64,000 nucleotides of DNA from the UHGV virus genome UHGV-0104313; one strand, given 5' to 3'. Position numbers and translations under genes: made by a program. Below, piece by piece: positions 32,671 to 42,580 of this stretch (position 1 is the stretch's first letter; each line of letters opens with the position of its first letter). Under the pieces are notes generated by a model. The model was not told the origin of the DNA and ran no database searches. It saw nothing but the letters and a program-made list of their open reading frames with translations. The DNA comes from a virus.

Positions 32671-33123
32671 TCAGATACGTGCGGATGTGGCATTACCGTA
32701 ATGACGGTGCTGACGGGCCACCTTATTGAAAAGTTGACGCGCCATTACCCAAGGCTGGTGCTCCCGGCGTTCCTTTTCGTCCTGCGTCATATAGAGTTCG
32801 TTCTGGAGTTTTTCATCAAACCGGCGCGGAGCGCGGCTACGGCGAAAGAATTCAGGATTCAGAGAGTGGATCTGAAATCTACGTGGGCGTGTACTGTCAT
32901 CTATCAAAACAGACGAATACTTAGACACAGCGATAGCCTTTAAGCGCAGATAAACATCGCGCTTATCGACATCCAGATGCGGGTATTCCTTTTCAAGAAT
33001 TGCTGCGAGTTCTTTCGCTGATAGAAGAGATTTAGTGCGGATCATGTAATCCGCAATCTCGTACGATGTTATTCGTGAGTGATTTATTTCCATGAAGTGG
33101 CGTCCCTGCCAGTTAAGTAACAT
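32671..33123 (-). CDS. lpa: late promoter activator Lpa-like protein
   Basis: 150-aa ORF directly upstream of pacA with a C1 operator in front; synteny. Confidence 0.45.
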   Translation of the reverse strand: MLLNWQGRHFMEINHSRITSYEIADYMIRTKSLLSAKELAAILEKEYPHLDVDKRDVYLRLKAIAVSKYSSVLIDDSTRPRRFQIHSLNPEFFRRSRAPRRFDEKLQNELYMTQDEKERREHQPWVMARQLFNKVARQHRHYGNATSARI

Positions 33124-33193
33124 CCTGTCACCTACTGATTAGCCCATGTCAACTAATCAACGTGGAATATAATACCCTCGATTAAAGAAATAG

Positions 33194-33210
33194 CAATACA
33201 TTAGAGCAAT
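33194..33210. promoter_or_regulatory. C1 operator upstream of lpa-pacA-pacB operon
   Basis: caatacattagagcaat; core ATTAGAGCAAT. Confidence 0.5.
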
Positions 33211-33211
33211 T

Positions 33212-34255
33212 TTATCTAACACTCGACGAATGACTTGTGATAACGCCCACTCCAAGCGCGTAATCAAAGAACAATCGTTGATGCATCGCCAACCTACCGT
33301 GCGTCTTCTCCCAATTATCGCGGTCACGCTCAATATCACGCTGGCATGACTGGCACAGAGGAATTGCGTAAATGTCATGCGCGCATAATCGACTATGACG
33401 AACGATATAAGGCGTAATGTGAGCGCCAGCTCCCGCAGCTCCACACCCACAGCACGGACGGGAAGCAACAAAGTCCATGTACTCAGGTAATTTTAGCGAT
33501 CGCAGTTTTGGTATTTTGAAATGCGCCATGCCAGGGTCGGAGTCAACATCCACAGGGCATACTTTTGCACGCATCGGCGCGGCGCGTTCTTCCATCATCT
33601 GAACATATGCTGTAGCGCGATCGTCATACGGGCGAATATCCGCCTCTTTCAGAGGTCCGCTATCCTGCGGAGTAGCCTTCATCTTATTTATTGATATGCG
33701 GCAGACTTCTTCCGGCATCAGGTGCATCATGTTGCGCATGAAAGCCCACCAGCACAGCTCCTGAATACTTAAATCATGGCTATTTGAAAGGCCCATTTCC
33801 TGACGGGCGACATCCAGTATCCAGTTAACGCGATTATTGTGCAGCGTTTCTTTCAGCTCATTAAAACCACGCATCCGGTAATGGTTATCGTGATGCCAGC
33901 ACAACAACACCGCGCTATTGTCTCGTTCAGCGTGGACAATATGATTGTCACACCAACTACGATCTGCGGCCTGGCATTGACCCTCTTTCCTACGCAACCA
34001 CGCCACCAGCGCGTCAATTCCGCCAATACGGCGAAACAGTTCATCGCTGTTAAAAAACGGCTGCAACGCCTCATTTGTTGCCATGGTTTGCTCGGTAACA
34101 ACGAGGCCGTCTTCCATGTGCTCGATTAACTCACGCGGCACCGGCTCCATAATAAATTTACGGCCAGCCTCCACCAGCTTTCTGACCTCCTGATCCACTT
34201 TGAACGTGGCGAGGCCAAGCTCTTTCTGTACAAAGGGAGTAATTACGGCTTTCAC
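33212..34255 (-). CDS. hypothetical protein with C-terminal Cys cluster (post-doc region)
   Basis: 347-aa ORF; CCGCG...CQSCQ cysteine motifs near C-terminus. Confidence 0.4.
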   Translation of the reverse strand: MKAVITPFVQKELGLATFKVDQEVRKLVEAGRKFIMEPVPRELIEHMEDGLVVTEQTMATNEALQPFFNSDELFRRIGGIDALVAWLRRKEGQCQAADRSWCDNHIVHAERDNSAVLLCWHHDNHYRMRGFNELKETLHNNRVNWILDVARQEMGLSNSHDLSIQELCWWAFMRNMMHLMPEEVCRISINKMKATPQDSGPLKEADIRPYDDRATAYVQMMEERAAPMRAKVCPVDVDSDPGMAHFKIPKLRSLKLPEYMDFVASRPCCGCGAAGAGAHITPYIVRHSRLCAHDIYAIPLCQSCQRDIERDRDNWEKTHGRLAMHQRLFFDYALGVGVITSHSSSVR

Positions 34256-34282
34256 ATCACACCTTTCATCACTGATTGGGCT

Positions 34283-34483
34283 TTATCTGCTGCCCGGCAT
34301 TCTCTGTTTAAGCACAACCATTTCCTGACGGCATAACACAGCAATAGCGGTCCTGACTCCAATTTGCTTACCAACCAGGTATTGCTTTACCTTGCGGCGA
34401 CTCACGCCATCAAGAAGCATCTTTAACGCTTCACGGGACAATTTGTTGTATTTGCGTGCCATTAATCTACTCCGCAGAACCAT
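34283..34483 (-). CDS. hypothetical small basic protein
   Basis: 66-aa ORF, Lys/Arg-rich. Confidence 0.3.
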   Translation of the reverse strand: MVLRSRLMARKYNKLSREALKMLLDGVSRRKVKQYLVGKQIGVRTAIAVLCRQEMVVLKQRMPGSR

Positions 34484-34742
34484 ACAATCTACGTAGCGTG
34501 GTAGCAGTAGATGCAGATATCGCCCTTAAAACCTCCTCCTTACTTACATCACTGCGGGAGAGGATTTCAGAAGGCGATATTTCCTTTAACGACTTTTGCT
34601 TCTCTTTGCAGTTCTCGACCAGTTCCGCAGGAATAACAAACCTGCTATCAATCGGCACAAGTTCATCAAGCGTTTGTTTGGGTACGTTAAACGTAGGATT
34701 CTTGAACACCGCAGATTCGGTTCTTAAGTTAATTTTCGACAT
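34467..34742 (-). CDS. hypothetical protein downstream of doc
   Basis: 91-aa ORF. Confidence 0.35.
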   Translation of the reverse strand: MSKINLRTESAVFKNPTFNVPKQTLDELVPIDSRFVIPAELVENCKEKQKSLKEISPSEILSRSDVSKEEVLRAISASTATTLRRLYGSAE

Positions 34743-34761
34743 TGTTTCGTAACTCCACTAC

Positions 34762-35142
34762 TCAAGTCTTGGAACCATATAGTTCACGTAGCTTTTCTGC
34801 TACTGAAGATACGGCGATTTCACCAGTCGCAGCGCCTACAGTAAGGTCTGCCAGTTCAGGTGAATCAAATACCTGCACCCCGTTACGGCGTAGAAATAGC
34901 AGCGCACTGTTTAGCGCGGTACGCTTATTGGCATCATTGAATATATGCCCTCTCGCCGTAGCCACCAGGTAGGTGGCGGAGACTTCGAAAAGGTCGGTGA
35001 TCTCTTCGTAGGCAACTCTGGCCTGAACTCTCCCGATAATGGCCTCTGCCCTACCCGGATCTGACATTCCCGGCAGGCCGCCGTAGCGGCTTATATTCGC
35101 ATCATGAAGCGCAATAAGTTCTTCCGGTGATATATGCCTCAT
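34762..35142 (-). CDS. doc: Doc toxin (Fic-fold kinase)
   Basis: 126 aa; [25 protein letters not shown]... and Fic motif [11 protein letters not shown]; matches Doc as I know it. Confidence 0.95.
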
Positions 35143-35363
35143 TATCGGTTAACCAGTTCCTTGTTGGTGGAGTCCAGGGTGTCAAACAGGGATGCAAATT
35201 CAGCATCCAGCGCCGCTTTTTTGTAGGCTTCGAAAGTAGCCTTGCTGACAATTACTGCTGGCTCACGGCCTCTGCGGGTGATTTCAACCTCTTCCCCGGC
35301 TTCAACATTGTTGAGCACTTCAGAAAGGTTGCCACGCGCGGTACGGAAGTTAATGGATTGCAT
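35142..35363 (-). CDS. phd: Phd antitoxin
   Basis: [49 protein letters not shown]...; stop overlaps doc start by 1 nt. Confidence 0.95.
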
Positions 35364-35435
35364 AAACACCTCGTGTACTCGTTATGTGTACACAATTATA
35401 AACTTCACAGGCATAAAGCACCAGCACTTTGCAGC

Positions 35436-35825
35436 TTAAATAACCGGACAATCATCAAATTCCCCACTTCGGGCATCATTGATGACATGAGTGATCACAC
35501 CAAAAACAGCATTACTGCCCGTGTATCCATCGTCATCTACTGGTAACGCCTCTTTCTTCCCGGTGCTTAAGTCCTCCAGGTGCTGGCGCGGATACTTCCT
35601 GTATCTCTTTATGCGATATTCACCCTCCATAGCGCACACAAGCAGAGAACCATCAACCGGAGTAAGCGAGGAATCAACCACCAGCAAAGCACCCTGCAAT
35701 ATTCCCTCACGGTGATGGCTATCAGCTGCCCGCATGAAGTAGGTCGCTGAAGGATGTCTAATTATCTGCTGATCAAGAGAAATTCGGCTTTCAACATAAT
35801 CCGCCGCAGGAGAAGGGAAGCCCAT
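35436..35825 (-). CDS. humD: UmuD homologue (LexA-like S24 peptidase)
   Basis: 129 aa, UmuD'-like fold; LexA box 19 bp upstream. Confidence 0.8.
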   Translation of the reverse strand: MGFPSPAADYVESRISLDQQIIRHPSATYFMRAADSHHREGILQGALLVVDSSLTPVDGSLLVCAMEGEYRIKRYRKYPRQHLEDLSTGKKEALPVDDDGYTGSNAVFGVITHVINDARSGEFDDCPVI

Positions 35826-35843
35826 AGCGTTTTACCTCAATAA

Positions 35844-35863
35844 TACTGTTTATTCATACAGTA
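35844..35863. promoter_or_regulatory. LexA (SOS) box
   Basis: tactgtttattcatacagta = perfect CTGT-N8-ACAG palindrome. Confidence 0.85.
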
Positions 35864-35948
35864 TACATTGAAAAGGCATAGTTTGTGAAAGCGGGGTTTG
35901 TAGGCGCGCCACGCTGGGGGCTAATCACATTTCTCCCCCATCTTGCCG

Positions 35949-36221
35949 TTATTTTTTTGGTGCATCCTCGTTCTGATACACCGGATCGCTCCCTTTTGGC
36001 AACTGGAGGCTTAACTGCCGATAGTGCCGTAACCGTTCCATGAAATAGGTGCGCAGATTCTCTGGTTGCTCGCGGGCTACCTGTTCAGCTATGACAGGTA
36101 TGTTCAATCGCTCTTTGTACGCCACACCGCTGGCAGCCAGATCAACGTTAACCTTATCCCGTTCTTCCTGACTTTTAGCTGCAATATTCCAATCGTGCAT
36201 ATCAAATCCCATCCAGAACAA
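35949..36221 (-). CDS. hot: Hot, homologue of DNA polymerase III theta subunit
   Basis: 90 aa; [43 protein letters not shown] closely resembles E. coli HolE. Confidence 0.8.
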   Translation of the reverse strand: MFWMGFDMHDWNIAAKSQEERDKVNVDLAASGVAYKERLNIPVIAEQVAREQPENLRTYFMERLRHYRQLSLQLPKGSDPVYQNEDAPKK

Positions 36222-36649
36222 TTGCGTAACGACTATTATTTAACCAGCAAAGTAACTTTTAATTTTTTTTCTTTTCCCATTGATTTTTGTGCACAGCTTA
36301 TCTGCCTTGCCGTGCGCAGAATCAACTTTTTTCTTCCTGATTTATCCACAAAGTTATGCACTTGCAAGAGGGCCATTTTCTAAATATTGTGATGTTTCAC
36401 AAATGAAATGAATTTTGATTAATGAAGATAAGGAGAAAATTTGAGATGCAATCATGACGTTAATAGATAGGGTCTGCATTACAGACCCCATCCGCATCAA
36501 GGAATTAGCCGTTCCCTGATGTTGTTCCGAAAACATGTGCCGTAAGCTCACGTTAACGACTTTCTTTCACCGAATCCAACTATATAGGGGTTGGGTTTCT
36601 ACGTCAACGTGAGCAAGTGCTCCTTTACATTTGACAAGGAACCACCTTA

Positions 36650-36787
36650 ATGACTGCTTTTTTTCAGTTCCTGAGTGCATTTTTAGATGCGCCTGTTATT
36701 AGCCAGATTCTGGCGATCATCCTCATCATCGTTTTGATTTTGCTTTTAAGGTCAGTAAAAAATGGAATTATGCACTGGCTTACTTAA
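36650..36787 (+). CDS. small hydrophobic peptide (45 aa), candidate membrane toxin-like ORF
   Basis: MTAFFQFLSAFLDAPVISQILAIILIIVLILLLRSVKNGIMHWLT; opposite strand to neighbours; preceded by 13-bp inverted repeat (36541-36554 / 36602-36614). Confidence 0.3.
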   Translation: MTAFFQFLSAFLDAPVISQILAIILIIVLILLLRSVKNGIMHWLT

Positions 36788-36861
36788 TGTTCAGTGAAAC
36801 ATTAAAATCTCCTTGATGTGGAAACAATCATTTTCTGTATGTGCTGGTGGGTACCTGTAGT

Positions 36862-37224
36862 TCAGCTTTCGTTGGCATTTAACTTCGTCTTTGCTTTCTC
36901 CACCAGCAACTTCCAGATGCCTATTTCATTAGCAGCCGCCTTGATGGCGGCATAAAAAGCATCTTGCTGATCGTAACGCTGAATCTGTTTTTTCAGTTTT
37001 GCCTCCACCAATTTAATTTCATTACGTGCTTTCTGAAGCCGCAGCGCCGCCCGGTTACGTCTGTTCTTGTATAGCGCGTTAATCTCTGATAATTGCTTTA
37101 ATTTACCAGCCTGACTGCGGATTATCGCCTCTCTGACTTCTGCCGTGCGTCTCATCTGATCTCTTAAGAGTTCACCGTTTTCGATAATTCTTTCAAGGTG
37201 TTTGATGTGATCTGCAACTCTCAT
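36862..37224 (-). CDS. hypothetical coiled-coil protein
   Basis: 120-aa ORF. Confidence 0.4.
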   Translation of the reverse strand: MRVADHIKHLERIIENGELLRDQMRRTAEVREAIIRSQAGKLKQLSEINALYKNRRNRAALRLQKARNEIKLVEAKLKKQIQRYDQQDAFYAAIKAAANEIGIWKLLVEKAKTKLNANES

Positions 37225-38153
37225 ACTTCACCCTCGCTTGTATCGCCAGCATCCACCAGCGGCAATAAAGCCCTGGCCATCTTATGAACCAATAGTGCAT
37301 CAATAATGCCAAGCGTATGCCCCGGCTTAATGTTTAATGCCGCCTCAAGGTGACACCTTTCCAGGCCACTTTTCTCGGCTTGTTTATGATGATCTGGTGT
37401 AATAACGTCGCCCAAAACACGGCTAATTCTTTCTCGTAATTGCTGGGTGCCAGCACACTTGATCGCTGTATCGTGGAGACGGTTAACCAGTTCGCGATAA
37501 ACATGCGGCTTAATTCGGATACGTTCACCGGTGACGCCCTTTCCTGGTGCTGGCACCGAACTATCCGGAATATCCGGATAGTTGCCAGCCTCGTAAGCTA
37601 CCCGCAGCCAGTGCATGAATGTTTCAGTGGACACACAACCACAGTCCACATCGATTTTCCCGCGTTGCTGTTCCAGCCATTGCCCAAAATCCAACCTGTA
37701 AGTCTTACTTTCAAGTTCATCACCATTGAACTCGACTTTCTGCGACGCTATGAGAGCTGATTCGTATTGTTCGCGAGTGACAACTGACTGGTATTCATCG
37801 CTATCAAGGTCACCAATTGGAAGCTCAATCTCACAACAAAAATTGCGCCCAAAGAAAGTGTCTTTTTTGTGGTCTGAGCCAAAAGCAAAAGTCGCGCATG
37901 GTGCCATTAAATTGACACTGGGTAGGTAACAATAACTCATTCCATCAGGCCACCCGCCGCACTTAGGCAGTTCCTTCACTAACAAGTCGATAAACTTCAT
38001 TTTTTTATCATCTTTGCAAGCCGCCAAAGCCATTTGGGCAAGTGCCAATACTTCATCTGCCGTATATCCAGCACCGTGACCATACATTTCGATACGGGAA
38101 ATAATCTCTGATATACGCTCTTCAGTGATTCTGGTCATTTCTTTTTGCGCCAT
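37221..38153 (-). CDS. hypothetical protein
   Basis: 310-aa ORF, overlapping stop/start with neighbours. Confidence 0.45.
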   Translation of the reverse strand: MAQKEMTRITEERISEIISRIEMYGHGAGYTADEVLALAQMALAACKDDKKMKFIDLLVKELPKCGGWPDGMSYCYLPSVNLMAPCATFAFGSDHKKDTFFGRNFCCEIELPIGDLDSDEYQSVVTREQYESALIASQKVEFNGDELESKTYRLDFGQWLEQQRGKIDVDCGCVSTETFMHWLRVAYEAGNYPDIPDSSVPAPGKGVTGERIRIKPHVYRELVNRLHDTAIKCAGTQQLRERISRVLGDVITPDHHKQAEKSGLERCHLEAALNIKPGHTLGIIDALLVHKMARALLPLVDAGDTSEGEV

Positions 38154-38509
38154 TTCTTTTCACATTCCTTAGTCCATTTTTCAATGTTCATTTTGGCAAT
38201 ATCAGTCATTCCATCACCTAAGAAATACTTTCTCCGGTACGTCTTGCACTTAAACCACACTACAACAGCCACCAGCCAGAAAATAAAAGGCCATACAGCA
38301 ATACCAACTCCAGCCGCGATAAAGCCCAATAGCCATAAATGAAGCTCTCCAACTTCTGTTTGCGGCAATATTCTTAAAGAATTAAGCAGCAGACTGAAGG
38401 AATAGTCGTATGCATTGGCGGTATAAGACATGCAATCCATATAATTAAAGTCATAGCCTGCGGCTGCCGCCCATAATGGGCGGTCAAGAAAATGTTTTAG
38501 TGTCATCAT
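38135..38509 (-). CDS. hypothetical membrane protein
   Basis: 124 aa, two hydrophobic helices, Lys-rich C-terminus. Confidence 0.4.
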   Translation of the reverse strand: MMTLKHFLDRPLWAAAAGYDFNYMDCMSYTANAYDYSFSLLLNSLRILPQTEVGELHLWLLGFIAAGVGIAVWPFIFWLVAVVVWFKCKTYRRKYFLGDGMTDIAKMNIEKWTKECEKKWRKKK

Positions 38510-38515
38510 ATAAAT

Positions 38516-38905
38516 TTAAGGTTCAGACCAGTTATCTTCAATAGCAATGCTTAATCTTTGTAGCCATTCTGCTAATTTCAGCATTGCTTCTCTTTCGCTT
38601 AAACCACGAGGAAAATCATCAAGCGAAATTGTTGGCTTGAAGCCCCCGTAATTATCTATTTCAACAGTCAGATTTTGCTCCAGCACGGTATTCCTTACGC
38701 GGCTATTGTGCCGAAGCAAATATACTGAACGTGATTTATTGGTTTTATGGTCAAACTGATATTCGGTAAGTATCATCTGGCTTTTGCCATGACTATTACC
38801 TCTCCACATACTTACCTCACTTAATAAAACAACTCCATGCGTAGTTGATGATTTTTTCCCACGTAATATAAATCTGCACTCCGGCAGTAAAACCAAAGCC
38901 AACAA
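38516..38905 (-). CDS. hypothetical protein
   Basis: 129-aa ORF. Confidence 0.35.
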   Translation of the reverse strand: MLALVLLPECRFILRGKKSSTTHGVVLLSEVSMWRGNSHGKSQMILTEYQFDHKTNKSRSVYLLRHNSRVRNTVLEQNLTVEIDNYGGFKPTISLDDFPRGLSEREAMLKLAEWLQRLSIAIEDNWSEP

Positions 38906-38987
38906 TTGCTGAAAAAATCAAAACATTTACTTTTGACATTATAAATTTTCTCTCGGTGTCGTAGGTGATAGCACCATAATTGATAAT

Positions 38988-39239
38988 TTAGTGAGTTAGC
39001 AGTTCCATTTTTTGGATGATTTCCGCATGAGCATCATCGTTATCAACACTTAACTCGTTTAATGCCTCTCGCACTACATCAACTTCTTCTGGTTGGAAGA
39101 AGTCATCTCGGTAGTCACCAAATAGAACCGAAACAAGCCTGCCACCAGCAACATCAAGATTGGCGCTAACAGGTGGCTCTTTACCATCCTCAAATTCGAC
39201 TACAAAAGTTATTTTTCCCATCGTTACCACCAGCGACAA
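38988..39239 (-). CDS. hypothetical small acidic protein
   Basis: 83-aa ORF. Confidence 0.35.
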   Translation of the reverse strand: MSLVVTMGKITFVVEFEDGKEPPVSANLDVAGGRLVSVLFGDYRDDFFQPEEVDVVREALNELSVDNDDAHAEIIQKMELLTH

Positions 39240-39303
39240 ATTGAATACAAACCCAGTGCTGCCGCCATCACAATTCCTACCGTGGTGAATGCTTCAGGCC
39301 AGC

Positions 39304-40209
39304 TCATTGATTCACCTCCTGCGGCGGTTCTGGTAGCGGCATCCAGTGTGACGGTTTCCACGACGCACCAGGAATTATCCACCCATCATTAGCGTCAGGA
39401 TGCCCCGGGATGTAAGTAGCCCATTTCATTCGCCAGTCACCTTTCCTGTCAAACTCCACGGCAACAAGAACGGCTGTTTTGGTATTCGGCATTCGCTCAC
39501 TACAGCTTATCCAACCATCCGGAGTTACCGGAACTTGCGGAATGGCTGTCTGCTCTCGAACGTCATTAGGCGCTATAGGTTCTGCTGCCAACTGACTGGC
39601 ATATTTGTTAATGGTAACGATAAGCTCTTGCTCAGCCTCATCCAGACAATCACCGATACCTCGCCTGTCACCGTCAAAATCATCGAAATCGGCACGAATC
39701 TTGGCAACCTTCAGGATTGCGGACAACACCTCACTAGGAATTACCGGATAGTTGGTTGACGTTTCCGCGATTTCCCGAAAATTATTGGTTGACGAATTCT
39801 TGTTTTCCCGAAAGTTTCCGGACTGAAGCATGGCGGCGCGGCAGGCGTTCCAGCCAGCTGTTCGCCCAAGCGCGTAAACTTCAGATGGCTCAAGATAATC
39901 AATGTCATGCCCGTCCTCATCGTCGTTCTCAGGTAATGCAGCAGGTACTACCGGTACTGGCGGAGCGGTGTAGACCTCAATAATCCCATTATCAATAGGC
40001 CATTCTCCATCCTTGAGATAGTCACTTGTGCCGTCAACTTGCTGTTCAGCAATGTGGAATGCACCAACTGGCTCTGCCTCAAGCGAGGCCAGTGCAATTC
40101 GTGCCAGTTCTTCCGCTTCTTCTGCTGGCAGTACAACGTTGCTACCAGGTCCGTATGTTTCGCGCCACTGCCTGATTGTCAGCAGTCGCTCTTTGGTAAT
40201 AGTGGTCAT
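39304..40209 (-). CDS. hypothetical protein with DUF551-like C-terminus
   Basis: 301 aa; C-terminal WISCSERMP...ANDGW...HWMPLPEPP pattern recalled from phage DUF551 proteins. Confidence 0.45.
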   Translation of the reverse strand: MTTITKERLLTIRQWRETYGPGSNVVLPAEEAEELARIALASLEAEPVGAFHIAEQQVDGTSDYLKDGEWPIDNGIIEVYTAPPVPVVPAALPENDDEDGHDIDYLEPSEVYALGRTAGWNACRAAMLQSGNFRENKNSSTNNFREIAETSTNYPVIPSEVLSAILKVAKIRADFDDFDGDRRGIGDCLDEAEQELIVTINKYASQLAAEPIAPNDVREQTAIPQVPVTPDGWISCSERMPNTKTAVLVAVEFDRKGDWRMKWATYIPGHPDANDGWIIPGASWKPSHWMPLPEPPQEVNQ

Positions 40210-40219
40210 GTGTTAGTCC

Positions 40220-40525
40220 TTATCCTGCTGTACTTTCAACTGATGAGGGGAATAAAATCTTTTCATCAAATCCGGCATTCATATCATGAACAGCAACACA
40301 CCAATCCATTGACGAACGATTATCAAGAGCCTCCATGATTTCATCCATGCGGCGCAGGTCATACAGGTAAATGCTTTTATCGCCAATGGTGTAAAAACCA
40401 ATTTTTTTCGGTGATGGGCAGCGATCAAGAACGTCCTGTAATTCGCTCAACCATGCTTGTTCTTTTTTTGTCAAAGTTGCCATATCACTCTCCTTTGATG
40501 CCAATGCCAGCGGCGCGGGAATCAT
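40220..40525 (-). CDS. hypothetical protein
   Basis: 101-aa ORF. Confidence 0.35.
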   Translation of the reverse strand: MIPAPLALASKESDMATLTKKEQAWLSELQDVLDRCPSPKKIGFYTIGDKSIYLYDLRRMDEIMEALDNRSSMDWCVAVHDMNAGFDEKILFPSSVESTAG

Positions 40526-41042
40526 CCCATCGCTTTACTTCTTCACGAATTACGTCAATGCATTCTTTCGAATCCATTAGGTAATCTTCATCAAAAAGAC
40601 GTTCCTGTTCGTTTTCTATCGCAACAATGATTGCTTCAACTAACTTTTGTGCCTGAGAACCACTTTCTAACTCTGCTATGCGCTTACTCCCATCAGAGAT
40701 AACACCTTCGTAATACTCACGCTGCTCGTTGAGTTTTGATTTTGCTGCTTCCAGCTCAACGCGCAACTTCCCTACCGTTAGTGCAATATCCTCGTTCTCC
40801 TGGTCGCGGGATTTGATGTATTGCTGGTTCCTTTCCCGTTCATCCAGTAGTGCCAAAGCAATCTTTGGATTAAAGGCAGCAATAAATTCAGCGTTGTTTT
40901 TCAGAACGTGTTGCGCAATGGCCTGACTACTTAGTCGGACCTCATAACCACGTGCGCCACGGTGTGGTTTATATGAGTCCCAGTCTCCCCACGTTGCCTT
41001 CTCTGCCGCCTCACGCAGTGCCTGATAGTCAATCTTGTTCAT
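40485..41042 (-). CDS. Ead/Ea22-like phage protein (paralogue A)
   Basis: 185 aa; N-terminus MNKIDYQALREAAEKATWGDW. Confidence 0.45.
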   Translation of the reverse strand: MNKIDYQALREAAEKATWGDWDSYKPHRGARGYEVRLSSQAIAQHVLKNNAEFIAAFNPKIALALLDERERNQQYIKSRDQENEDIALTVGKLRVELEAAKSKLNEQREYYEGVISDGSKRIAELESGSQAQKLVEAIIVAIENEQERLFDEDYLMDSKECIDVIREEVKRWDDSRAAGIGIKGE

Positions 41043-41043
41043 G

Positions 41044-41376
41044 TCACATCACCCTGAATCCGTTGCATTTACGTAAGAAATCGCAGATATAGCCCTTCAT
41101 TTTTTCATGCCAATCTCGATCATTCCCATTGCACCAACCATCAGGTGGAGTCCAGTTTTCTATCAGAGCAGCCATTTTCTTTGCTTTCGCCGGAGTAGCT
41201 GTTGCGGTATCGCAGTAATGACGAGTGTCAACCAACGCATCCATACCATCGATATCAAGTACGCAAAACCATGTGTGATTCGGAATTCCTACAGGTGGTA
41301 TTTGTTGCCCACGTCGACGTTTATCAATAAGATATACACTCACTGCTTGCCTCCTTTGCGAATCTGTTCCGCCCAT
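41044..41376 (-). CDS. hypothetical protein
   Basis: 110-aa ORF. Confidence 0.35.
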   Translation of the reverse strand: MGGTDSQRRQAVSVYLIDKRRRGQQIPPVGIPNHTWFCVLDIDGMDALVDTRHYCDTATATPAKAKKMAALIENWTPPDGWCNGNDRDWHEKMKGYICDFLRKCNGFRVM

Positions 41377-42065
41377 TCTTCAAGGGATTTCTCCGCATAT
41401 TCACCGGACAGGCCATCAATCGGATGCGGTTCATTAGCCAACTCTTCTTTCGCTGACAAAATCATGCGTGTAACGTCGAAAACTTCACGCAAAGATTTAT
41501 TGATAAATCCGTGATTGAACGCAGCAGCAAGACGGCTGGCGGTATAGTTAATCCCCTCGTTGCGTGCTTCCGCACGAATTTCAGCCAGAAAAGCATCGGT
41601 GGCTGAAATATTTCCTGTTGCCTTCATGGCCCCCAAAATAACCAGAACGCCATCTCGCCCAACCTCCTCAGCGATAACCTCGGTGTTGTCGCCAACAACA
41701 TCGCAGAATGCCTGAACTGCCTTACGAGCCAGCTCATTCTCCGCCGCCAGCGCCGCGCACTTGGCCTCAAGAGCGGCAACCACTTCCTGATGGTCTTTGT
41801 ACTTAACGTATGAGCCGGAGATGTCATCACCTTCGGTGTTTAGCCATGCGTCATTGCAATTCACTGCGTAGGTTCTGATGCTCATGTTGATGCTCTCCCG
41901 CCCCTGACAGACGCTAGGCCAGTCAATAAAGTATCCGCAATGCCTACCCTCAGACGTGCGCGCAGGATAAATGCCGTTATGACCCGGCAAAATATATGCT
42001 ACCCATTCATCTTGCGTTGCCTGTTTCGCCGCCTCGCGCAGTTCTTTATAGTTAATTTCGCTCAC
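41340..42065 (-). CDS. Ead/Ea22-like phage protein (paralogue B)
   Basis: 241 aa; N-terminus MSEINYKELREAAKQATQDEW; C-terminus EQIRKGGKQ. Confidence 0.45.
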   Translation of the reverse strand: MSEINYKELREAAKQATQDEWVAYILPGHNGIYPARTSEGRHCGYFIDWPSVCQGRESINMSIRTYAVNCNDAWLNTEGDDISGSYVKYKDHQEVVAALEAKCAALAAENELARKAVQAFCDVVGDNTEVIAEEVGRDGVLVILGAMKATGNISATDAFLAEIRAEARNEGINYTASRLAAAFNHGFINKSLREVFDVTRMILSAKEELANEPHPIDGLSGEYAEKSLEEWAEQIRKGGKQ

Positions 42066-42301
42066 TGGTTGCCTCCTTTACGGATCTGCGCTGCGATGCG
42101 CGAAAAAAAAGACTCCCGCGTATGACTGTTAAGAGCTGGCGCGAACGCTGCGTTAAGAACAGCAGCATCACAGCCGTCATCAATATAGAGCGCAATTTTT
42201 TTCTCCAGGCGCGCTTTGGCTTCCTGCAACTGCATACCCCGGCACGCACGCGGGATATAATCAGCAATTTGAGCGATAGCCTTTTCGTTCTGTTTAAACA
42301 T
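42062..42301 (-). CDS. hypothetical protein sharing C-terminal tail with upstream gene
   Basis: 79 aa ending AAQIRKGGNQ, same tail as the 241-aa ORF. Confidence 0.35.
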   Translation of the reverse strand: MFKQNEKAIAQIADYIPRACRGMQLQEAKARLEKKIALYIDDGCDAAVLNAAFAPALNSHTRESFFSRIAAQIRKGGNQ

Positions 42302-42497
42302 GCTTCACCTCGATAGGCTTGATGGTGTCTAACAGCAGTCGGCGGCGCGTATTTTCTGCAAAATGGCGGCGTCCAGTTTCTTTGTGGTAAAACTCGTTTT
42401 TGCCGACGACCCACATCCGCTCTGTTTGGTGCAGTTTTTTTACCTGCGGACCGTCTTTGGTGATCACGGTGCCGGTATGGGTTTTTACGATTGTCAT
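42294..42497 (-). CDS. hypothetical small protein
   Basis: 67-aa ORF. Confidence 0.3.
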   Translation of the reverse strand: MTIVKTHTGTVITKDGPQVKKLHQTERMWVVGKNEFYHKETGRRHFAENTRRRLLLDTIKPIEVKHV

Positions 42498-42580
42498 GCC
42501 ACTACCTATTCGAACAGATGAACGAGACAGGCCGATGCTCGTCCACCTGAAAAACTGACGATTTGATGCATACTCACGGT

